A stretch of DNA of 64,000 nucleotides. Source: a virus. Its lineage: Duplodnaviria > Heunggongvirae > Uroviricota > Caudoviricetes. This document shows, piece after piece, positions 57,042 to 63,834 of the stretch (position 1 is the first letter of the stretch; every line of letters starts with the position of its first letter). The position numbers and the translations under genes are program-made. Under the pieces are notes generated by a model. It searched no databases. It had not been told where the DNA came from and worked only from the letters and a program-made list of their open reading frames with translations. The stretch is taken from the IMG/VR virus record IMGVR_UViG_3300033070_001123. One strand, 5' to 3'.

Positions 57042-57924
57042 TGCGATTCTTGTACTCTCTGCCAAGCCATCTCAAAGCTGCGGGTAACTGTTTAGGCCAT
57101 ACATACCTATATAGCTCGCTCTTCATAACTTGTACACTCTTATTACCAAAACCTCTTATCAAAGCTTTCTTCGCTTCGTCAAAGGTCCATCTTCCGCCAT
57201 ACCTATCAACAAAGCTCTGTACAAACTTGTTAGGGTCAAACTCCTCGTCTACCCTAAACACTCTTCTTGCTGCCAAGGTTGATTCATGATTGCTGTTGCC
57301 CTTGAACTCGTAACCCTTGTTGTTCGCTAAGAACTGTTGTCTTGATACATTGGATAACTGACCGTTACGGTTGTCTCTTAGCCATACTCTGATAATACGG
57401 TTTGGATTCAAGTGTCCAACGAATAAAGCTTGGCTCTCGCCAAATCCTAAAAGAGTATTTGCAAGCTCTGGTCTTTCGCTCTGAGAGATGGGCGGAATGT
57501 TGCGGTCTACCGCTCGTTGCCTTGCTCGAACTCTTTCTTCTTCTCTTTTTGCTTTGCTGTTGCCAAAGTATTCAGCCATCTGCCCTTGAACGGTATAAGA
57601 ACCGCCTGGCCAAACGGGAGCCTCAAGCTCGTTCATGTTCGCATGAAACTCAACTATCCAAGCTCCAAACTCCGAAGCTTTCTTTGGGTCTGTTGTTACA
57701 AATAACCCTGTAGGATTGTTGTCGGCTTCATATGAGTAAACCCTACCAACTCTTGACTTTCCAGATAAGCCGTAGCGACATGCGGCTATGGCGTCCTCTA
57801 AATCCCTAAAACCATGAAAGACCCTTACTACGTCGTTCTTCTGTAGCGCCGGTCTTTCTTCGGGACTCCTGCCGGGAGGCAAGGTGAGCCTGTCTGCAAA
57901 CTTAGCAAGGTCGTACCAACTCAT
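57031..57924 (-). CDS. Hypothetical protein (297 aa), N-terminus MSWYDLAKFA. Has a VFHGFRD segment.
   Basis: ATG verified at 57924. ATGA overlap with the downstream gene. Confidence 0.5.
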   Translation of the reverse strand: MSWYDLAKFADRLTLPPGRSPEERPALQKNDVVRVFHGFRDLEDAIAACRYGLSGKSRVGRVYSYEADNNPTGLFVTTDPKKASEFGAWIVEFHANMNELEAPVWPGGSYTVQGQMAEYFGNSKAKREEERVRARQRAVDRNIPPISQSERPELANTLLGFGESQALFVGHLNPNRIIRVWLRDNRNGQLSNVSRQQFLANNKGYEFKGNSNHESTLAARRVFRVDEEFDPNKFVQSFVDRYGGRWTFDEAKKALIRGFGNKSVQVMKSELYRYVWPKQLPAALRWLGREYKNRNVV

Positions 57925-58547
57925 GAGGACCGTCCTTCCCTCATAATCTTTTGAACGAAGTTCATGACTTGAGAGTTTGGAGGCATGCTCTTGAGCTTAT
58001 TGTACTCTTCGTGAGAGCCGATCCAATACCATATAAACTGAGATTGAAACTTAACAGCTAATGCTCTGTAACGACCGCCAACCTGAGCAGACCAAACTTC
58101 TAGCTTTCCCCTATTTTCGGGTAATGGCTTAATGCCAACTTGTTGAGGATTGGAAAGAAGCGTTTGATATTTTTGAGAGGCTAGCTGTTGAACTTGAACT
58201 GGCAATAAGGATAGCGAGTCTCTGAAGCTTTTGGTTTGCCAATGCCCAGTATCAAAGCCTGCAAATTTTACCAAACCATGTTCATGAGAGTTTGATTCTA
58301 GGTTTTTCTTAAAAGCGTCTGGATCTTCTTCAAGTGTATTAAGGTCTTTGGTTAGACTCTTTCCAGGTATTCCTGTTGGTTTGCATTTTAGACAGTATAT
58401 AGGAATGCGATCTTTTCTTGCTTTTTCTATATCAGATTCTTTTGCTCTCATTACATCGCCACAATGGTCGCAACGATAACGAAAAAATCTACTACCAGGG
58501 ATAGGTAGTAGATTCATTTTATAGTTTTCAGAAACTATGATTTTCAT
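57921..58547 (-). CDS. Hypothetical protein (208 aa) with a Cys4 zinc ribbon (CDHCGD...CLKC).
   Basis: ORF with 4-nt overlaps at both ends. Confidence 0.45.
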   Translation of the reverse strand: MKIIVSENYKMNLLPIPGSRFFRYRCDHCGDVMRAKESDIEKARKDRIPIYCLKCKPTGIPGKSLTKDLNTLEEDPDAFKKNLESNSHEHGLVKFAGFDTGHWQTKSFRDSLSLLPVQVQQLASQKYQTLLSNPQQVGIKPLPENRGKLEVWSAQVGGRYRALAVKFQSQFIWYWIGSHEEYNKLKSMPPNSQVMNFVQKIMREGRSS

Positions 58548-59141
58548 GCCGCTTCCTGTTGCCCGTCATAAAACATTTCAACAATACGCTTTACATTATG
58601 AACTTCTATACCTAATAGTTTTGATATTTGAGAAGACGATAGGTTTGGATTTTTGTTTTTGAAACCTATAATCTTATCAACTATTTTCTTGAAGTTAGAG
58701 TCTTTTCTAGATAAGAACTTTTCTCTTATTTCTGCTCGCTCATTTGGATTGAGAGCTTTCATAAGATATGGAAGAAGGGTTTGATTAGCTACATTAAAAT
58801 GAGCAGCAATTTGATTGATGGTATAGCCCTTTCTGTAAAGATCAGCAGCTTTCTTTCCTTTATTTTCGTCTAGGGCGGGGCCGTTATACGCATTATTTCC
58901 AGGACCAAACCGTTCTGGTTGAAACCCTTTTCTTTTGGATAAAAAGTTTCTTAGAATATTGGGACCGATATTCATTTGTCTTGATATTTGCTGAAGAGAT
59001 ACGCCTTTTTGATAGAGATACGCCTTTTTGATATAGATCCCAAGCTTGATCAACAATTGATTTATCATTTTGCAATTCGTCGGTTCTGAGACCAGTCCAT
59101 TGACCGTCCGCAAACTTTGCCATTTCATACCAGTTAGACAT
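58544..59141 (-). pseudogene. Gene for a protein with three helix-turn-helix-like repeats (N-terminus MSNWYEMAKFA), split into two frames (58893..59153 and 58544..59128) by a 19-bp tandem duplication.
   Basis: Perfect direct repeat gagatacgcctttttgata at 58996-59014 and 59015-59033. 19 nt is not a multiple of three. Both ORFs contain LYQKGVSL, one encoded by each copy. The ATG at 59141 is verified, with a GGAGG site 6 nt upstream. Confidence 0.55.
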
Positions 59142-59562
59142 TGTTACCTCCAAGCGGCTCTTGATTCGTTAGCCAAGTAATGTTATTGTCTTTTGGAGGA
59201 AGTATACCCCTGTGTCCGACTTGACCTTTCTGAGCTAACAAAGCTTGTAAGCTCTTCTTGTCATGATTGCTACCGCCAGGACGAGGAGGATAACCTGCGT
59301 CAATCCACATGTTAACAGTTGTTTGATCCGTATCGTATGGGCTTATATCAGGATAAAGCGTTTTGCCTTCAGGAGTTATAACGGTATGATAAGCTTTAGC
59401 AACCTCTGGAACGCCTCTATGGTCTCTTTCAACGTCAATATCAATCTTGCAGGTATGGCCTTTATAGTTCCATTCCTGATCATGCATTGCTTTCTTATAA
59501 GATTTTGTTTGTATATTCTTCATTGTTCGTTTTCCTCTCTTCTCATAGATACTATCGAACAA
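59134..59562 (-). CDS. Hypothetical protein (142 aa).
   Basis: ORF only. Confidence 0.45.
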   Translation of the reverse strand: MFDSIYEKRGKRTMKNIQTKSYKKAMHDQEWNYKGHTCKIDIDVERDHRGVPEVAKAYHTVITPEGKTLYPDISPYDTDQTTVNMWIDAGYPPRPGGSNHDKKSLQALLAQKGQVGHRGILPPKDNNITWLTNQEPLGGNNV

Positions 59563-59563
59563 T

Positions 59564-60255
59564 GAGGTATCCTTTCGTTGCGCGAAATTTTATTAGATGT
59601 TTGGTTTGAAGAATGCGACTAGAGGAGCAAGAGGCGGGATATACAGAACAATTAGCGGGGAGCAATCCAAGGTATCCTTCTTGCGCGAATTTTAAGTGAC
59701 GGTATACCCTTTAGAAATTTACTCTACGGGTGAGCGAGATAAGGTATCCTTTTATTCCTGAATTTTAAGTGACGGCATGCCCTTCATTATAATGAACCTT
59801 GGCATGACAGTTATGACAGAGTATATCGCATTTGGCAATTTCTGCTAAAACTCTTTTCATTCCATACTTACAGAGGTATGTAACATCTCCGTCCTTTGTT
59901 GATGGATCTCTATGATGAAAAGATAAACATGCAGGATGCTTTTCTCCGCAATGCATACATGGATGAGTTCTTTTATACTCCCAACAGTATTCTCTACATT
60001 GTTGATAAATCTTTTTCTTGTATGAAGTCCTATACTCTTTACTCTTTGCGTTTTTAATTCTATTCTTCTCTTTGTTTGTCATAATTATCCCTCGTATACC
60101 CCAAAGCTTTCAGGTATATTATCGGCAAAGAGTCTTTCCGTAGCTGCGCATGCCTTAGGCTACCTCCGCAAACTAGGTATCTTTTAGATTAGAGAAGGGG
60201 CGGGCTGGGGGGTGGGGTATCCTTTCCAACAAAATTAAATCGTTATGAGTGAGGA
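59564..60255. repeat. Block of degenerate direct repeats (AGGTATCCTT...GCGCGAA(A)TTTTA...GTGACGG) that flanks and overlaps the HNH gene.
   Basis: Copies start near 59568, 59671, 59744, 60174 and 60222. Units B and C reproduce the 3' end of the HNH gene. Confidence 0.5.
59765..60082 (-). CDS. Small HNH endonuclease (105 aa).
   Basis: CMHCGEK...HHRDP...LCHNCHAKVH. Confidence 0.65.
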   Translation of the reverse strand: MTNKEKNRIKNAKSKEYRTSYKKKIYQQCREYCWEYKRTHPCMHCGEKHPACLSFHHRDPSTKDGDVTYLCKYGMKRVLAEIAKCDILCHNCHAKVHYNEGHAVT

Positions 60256-60429
60256 GTCTTCCACTGCGCCATTATTAAATAGCAAACCCCAACCAACATG
60301 GCTGGGGGTTGCTGAGACAATCAAATCTGTGTGAGTCTTTGGTGGTGGGAGTTTAGTTCTTCATGGCTCGCTCCTTTGTTAAGACCCTTCGTTCCGTTGT
60401 CTGACTCTGTTGTTCTTTGCGACCGAAGT

Positions 60430-60723
60430 TTAGTTACGGTCGATGGTCGTCTTCATGGGGCCTTGCCCTTTGAGGCTGAGGTAGCGGAGGGCCGCTGCGT
60501 CCTCTCCCGCCTCTCGGACGATTCGAGCGGCCTTGCGGCAAGCCTCTCTGCTGCCCTTGGCGACGAGGGCCTTGCCGTTGTTGTGGACCTTGAGGGCGAC
60601 GGCCTTGGCGTCGTCGTAGGAGAGTTCGGGGTTGATGCGCTGAACGAGGGAGATGACGAATTCGAGGCTGTGGGTCTTGCTGTTCTTGAGGAAGGTTCGG
60701 AATGGCTTGCGAGCGGTTTTCAT
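60430..60723 (-). CDS. Small hypothetical protein (97 aa) in the G+C-rich array.
   Basis: I chose the ATG at 60723, which has an AGGAAG/AAAGGA ribosome-binding site. The TAA stop lies inside a GAAGTTTAGTT motif copy. The longer ORF-track version 60430..60912 runs across a motif copy. Confidence 0.4.
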   Translation of the reverse strand: MKTARKPFRTFLKNSKTHSLEFVISLVQRINPELSYDDAKAVALKVHNNGKALVAKGSREACRKAARIVREAGEDAAALRYLSLKGQGPMKTTIDRN

Positions 60724-60763
60724 GGGCTGTCCTTTCTTCCTTACAAGCGACGGCAGGAAGTTT

Positions 60764-61006
60764 AGTTCCCCCGTTTCTTCTTCCGCTGCCTCTCCTTGCG
60801 GTTGTGCTTCTTCTCTTGCTGTTCGGCCCAGTTCTGGATGGCTTGGGCGTCGCGGTCTGCGTCGGTCTGATACTTCATGCGGCTCTGGCTCCTCGGCGGT
60901 TGCTGAGTTCATTCCAAAGGGTCAACATGAGTTCGGCGTCACCCTCCATCTTGGCGACCTCAAAGGCGTCCATCAATTGACCGAATGACATTTCGCTGAT
61001 TTTCAT
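60764..61006 (-). CDS. Two tiny coupled ORFs, about 43 aa (ATG 61006) and about 38 aa, with a GCATGAAG overlap. Low confidence.
   Basis: Hand-translated as MKISEMSFGQLMDAFEVAKMEGDAELMLTLWNELSNRRGARAA and MKYQTDADRDAQAIQNWAEQQEKKHNRKERQRKKKRGN. The second stop TAA lies inside motif copy #3. Confidence 0.25.
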
Positions 61007-61048
61007 GGGTAAGAGTCCTTTCTTACCTAACTGGTAAGGTTGGGAAGT

Positions 61049-61276
61049 TTAGTTCTTCCCGGCGACGGTTGCGAGGGTCTTGCGGAGTTTCTTGGGGATG
61101 TTCACTCGGGTCTTGTCGTTGCCGACGAAGCGGAGAATCTTGTCCACCATCTTCTGGGCCTTGTCGGGTCCAGCGACTCGGACGATATCCCCAACGTCGA
61201 TGTAAACACCGAGTTGGACGTTGGCTGACTTGCGGGGCTTGGACTTCTTGGACTTGGGCTTGGTTGCGTTGCTCAT
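61049..61276 (-). CDS. Small basic protein (75 aa).
   Basis: ATG at 61276 is 18 nt after motif copy #5. The TAA stop is inside motif copy #4. Confidence 0.5.
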   Translation of the reverse strand: MSNATKPKSKKSKPRKSANVQLGVYIDVGDIVRVAGPDKAQKMVDKILRFVGNDKTRVNIPKKLRKTLATVAGKN

Positions 61277-61314
61277 GGCTTTCTCTCTTTCGCGAGAAGT
61301 TTAGTTCTCGGTTC

Positions 61315-61614
61315 TTAAGACTCCTTGACGATTCGGTAGCCCCAGTTCGGGACTTGCTGAATCACGAACCCTTCGGCGACGTTGGGAAGCGGGAAGAATT
61401 CGCCCTGATACCACTCTCCCTCTCTGACGCATCCGCCGTTGTAGCGGATTGCGCCGTACTTGGGAGGGATTGAGGTGGAGGAGCCGATGTAGCCCTTGAA
61501 AGGGTAAGGCGTTCCAAGACCGTCCTTAGCGACATGCTTGGCCTTCTTCTCGCAAGTCTTGGCGTCCCAAGTCTCGGCCTTGTGCTGGTAGAATTCGGTC
61601 TTCTGCTTTGCCAT
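61315..61614 (-). CDS. Small hypothetical protein (99 aa).
   Basis: ORF with an AAGAG ribosome-binding site. It is bracketed by motif copies #6 and #5. Confidence 0.5.
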   Translation of the reverse strand: MAKQKTEFYQHKAETWDAKTCEKKAKHVAKDGLGTPYPFKGYIGSSTSIPPKYGAIRYNGGCVREGEWYQGEFFPLPNVAEGFVIQQVPNWGYRIVKES

Positions 61615-61800
61615 GCTCTTGTTATTTAAGAGAGAAGTTTAGTTTCGGCGTTCGTAAGGCAGCGGGCGTTCACTCATAACGATTAGGCGTTGTTAAGTAA
61701 CAAGTGCGGCTCGGGCGACTAACTCCCGTCCGCTGCTGCCGCCAGTCTCGCGGCAACCTTGCTTTTTCCGTTGACTTTCCCTTTTGCGCGGAAAGTTTAG

Positions 61801-62046
61801 TTACGAATACCTACGGCTCTGGTCGAGTCTCTTGAGGTTTGCCCAAACTCCTTGCGGCGTTGATGAGGGGACTTCTGCGACGACTCCAACATGGGTTTGA
61901 ACGCCCCAGACTTTGCGCTCGTAACCGATGGCTCGTTGGGTTGCTTCTTCGAGCGTACAGGCGACGGCGTTCTGAATCCACTCTCCCTCGATGATTGTTC
62001 CGTCGCTGCTCTCTTTGCGGATGTTGATGAGGGAGAAGTTTGCCAT
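61801..62046 (-). CDS. Small hypothetical protein (81 aa).
   Basis: ATG at 62046 is 19 nt after motif copy #8. The stop abuts motif copy #7. Confidence 0.45.
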   Translation of the reverse strand: MANFSLINIRKESSDGTIIEGEWIQNAVACTLEEATQRAIGYERKVWGVQTHVGVVAEVPSSTPQGVWANLKRLDQSRRYS

Positions 62047-62070
62047 GCTATTTAGGTCATGGCAGGAAGT

Positions 62071-62379
62071 TTAGTTCCGCGAAGTGATGTCCTTCAGTTC
62101 GATGTTGATGGTTCGGTCCTCCTTATGAACCACCACAAGGTTCTGGCGGCTCGTCTTGGGGTCATGGGCGAACCCAACGACTTCCCAACCGTTGTCATTG
62201 AAGTAGAGGGGACGCTCGCCTCCTGCGACAATGTAGCGGAATCCAACGATGTCGCCCGCCTTGAGGGAAGTTGGGAAGGGCGGCTCTCGGAGGATGGGGA
62301 GAATGAGGTTTCCCATTCCCTTGCTGGCGCGCTTCGATTCGACTCGGATTTTGGCGGCTTCTTGTTCAGACAGAGGCAT
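62071..62379 (-). CDS. Small hypothetical protein (102 aa).
   Basis: ORF. Its TAA stop is the TAA inside motif copy #8. Confidence 0.5.
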   Translation of the reverse strand: MPLSEQEAAKIRVESKRASKGMGNLILPILREPPFPTSLKAGDIVGFRYIVAGGERPLYFNDNGWEVVGFAHDPKTSRQNLVVVHKEDRTINIELKDITSRN

Positions 62380-62554
62380 GGGCTTCCTCCTGTTGCTTCT
62401 TAAGTTCCTCGATATACCGCTGATGAGCGGTCTTACCCGTCAAGCGAAACAAAACTTGACAAGTAATGCAACGGACTTCGGCCTTGCATGTTGGGTCGAG
62501 TACCTCAAAGGGTTCTCTGCAATCCTCGCAAGTTCTTGTTTGGATTGCTTCCAT
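62366..62554 (-). CDS. Small zinc-ribbon protein (about 62 aa: CEDC...CKAEVRCITC).
   Basis: I chose the ATG at 62554. The ORF-track start at 62563 is a TTG. It is preceded by motif copy #9. Confidence 0.45.
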   Translation of the reverse strand: MEAIQTRTCEDCREPFEVLDPTCKAEVRCITCQVLFRLTGKTAHQRYIEELKKQQEEAHASV

Positions 62555-62578
62555 GCCTAACAAGGGTAGGCAGGAAGT

Positions 62579-62806
62579 TTAGTTCTCCTCCAAGTATTGA
62601 GCGGCGGAAGCGACTCTCTTGCGTGCTTCTTCCCAAACTTGAGCGGAAGTTCCGTCGAGTTCGGTCTTGGCTTTCTCGGAGATGAGTTTGCAAGCCATTG
62701 CGGTTGCTTTGAGCATGCGCTCGCCTCCGTGTTCTTCCATGAACACAACCATTGACCATACAAGGTCATCGTCGGAGAGTTTGGGCTTTTGATTGTCTTG
62801 CGGCAT
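62579..62806 (-). CDS. Small acidic hypothetical protein (75 aa).
   Basis: ATG at 62806 has a GAGGG ribosome-binding site and lies inside the 37-bp perfect repeat. The TAA stop is inside motif copy #9. Confidence 0.5.
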   Translation of the reverse strand: MPQDNQKPKLSDDDLVWSMVVFMEEHGGERMLKATAMACKLISEKAKTELDGTSAQVWEEARKRVASAAQYLEEN

Positions 62807-62835
62807 ACCAATCCCTCTTTGCGCGGAAGTTTAGT

Positions 62836-62994
62836 TTACTTCTGCGTTTCCTCGGCGTAGTTGAAACCTTCCATCCATGCCTTGCGCTCTTCGGACCCTT
62901 CGGCGTAAAGGCAGGACGTTGAGGGCTTCTTATCAAAGAAAGCGTTGTAGCCCTCGTCCCAAAGGTTACTGTATTGTTCTCTGTTGAGCGGCAT
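62836..62994 (-). CDS. Small hypothetical protein (52 aa). Not in the ORF track because it is under 60 aa.
   Basis: Hand-translated as MPLNREQYSNLWDEGYNAFFDKKPSTSCLYAEGSEERKAWMEGFNYAEETQK. Its start context is identical to that of 62579..62806 (37-bp repeat). The TAA stop is inside motif copy #10. Confidence 0.35.
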   Translation of the reverse strand: MPLNREQYSNLWDEGYNAFFDKKPSTSCLYAEGSEERKAWMEGFNYAEETQK

Positions 62995-63022
62995 ACCAAT
63001 CCCTCTTTGCGCGGAAGTTTAG

Positions 63023-63244
63023 TTACGACTTAAGCGTAACCCAACCGCTGTCAAACGCTGGCGGAGTCTTGAGCGGCTCGCCTCGCTCTTTGCGGAGTTG
63101 TTCGCTGTGCGCCCATGAACCCTTGTAGGGCGTTTGGGGAGTTGGACGCTTCGGCTTGGGCTGGCGATTCCTTCGGAGATTCGCCTCGATGTTGGCGATG
63201 ATGACTTTGCCATGTTCAACGGTAGCGGCGAAGGGGTCGAGCAT
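63023..63244 (-). CDS. Small hypothetical protein (73 aa).
   Basis: ATG verified at 63244. The stop abuts motif copy #11. Confidence 0.5.
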   Translation of the reverse strand: MLDPFAATVEHGKVIIANIEANLRRNRQPKPKRPTPQTPYKGSWAHSEQLRKERGEPLKTPPAFDSGWVTLKS

Positions 63245-63480
63245 GTTAGTTCTTAATGTTTGGGAAGTTTAGTTTCGCATAGACCTGGTTCCTCGGCGAA
63301 CCTGATTCACTCATAACGATTACGCTGCGTTGGCCCGAGAGCCAACCTTGCGGCTGGCGGATTGCTCGTCCCTTACGTCTCGGCATGGTTCAGAAAGTTT
63401 AGTTCTTAAACCGCCAAAGGGCCTTGCGGCCCTTATTGGGGGATTACCGATTGTCGGCTCCCTGCTTGGCGGCTGGAGGA

Positions 63481-63834
63481 TTACTTCTTCTTCTTGGGCT
63501 TGACCTCGATGACGTTGCCGCCGTTGGCGTTGGCGGCTCGAAGTTCGTTGACTTGGTTCTGGAGGGCAACCATGCCGCCCGCAACGCCCGCCATCCATTG
63601 GCGATTCATGGCGATGAGGGATTCGGTCGTCCGAACGATGGTTCGGTCGCCCAATTGTTCGGCCGCGGCGGCGCGCTTGCGAAGTTCGTCCTCGATGTCC
63701 TTGAGCGTCATGCCGGGGAGTTGGACGGGGACGTTGCCGCCCGCCATTGCCGCGATTTCGGCTTGCTGCGCTTCCATGAGGGCTTGGGCGGGGTTCTGCA
63801 TGAGTTTGGCGAGTTGGTTGCGGTCGAGAGGCAT
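63481..63834 (-). CDS. Small hypothetical protein (117 aa) with a Lys-rich C-terminus.
   Basis: ORF with an AAAGGA ribosome-binding site. The hairpin agggcc-ttgc-ggccct (63418-63433) lies just downstream on the minus strand. Confidence 0.5.
   Translation of the reverse strand: MPLDRNQLAKLMQNPAQALMEAQQAEIAAMAGGNVPVQLPGMTLKDIEDELRKRAAAAEQLGDRTIVRTTESLIAMNRQWMAGVAGGMVALQNQVNELRAANANGGNVIEVKPKKKK

Noticed and set aside
62766-63598. Arg-rich minus-strand ORFs 62766..62999 and 63320..63598, and plus-strand ORFs 60331..60765, 61069..61473 and 63424..63972.
   Set aside because: Their Arg/Pro/Gly-rich composition is typical of out-of-frame high-GC DNA. They run across element copies, and better short genes with ribosome-binding sites exist in the other frame of the minus strand.
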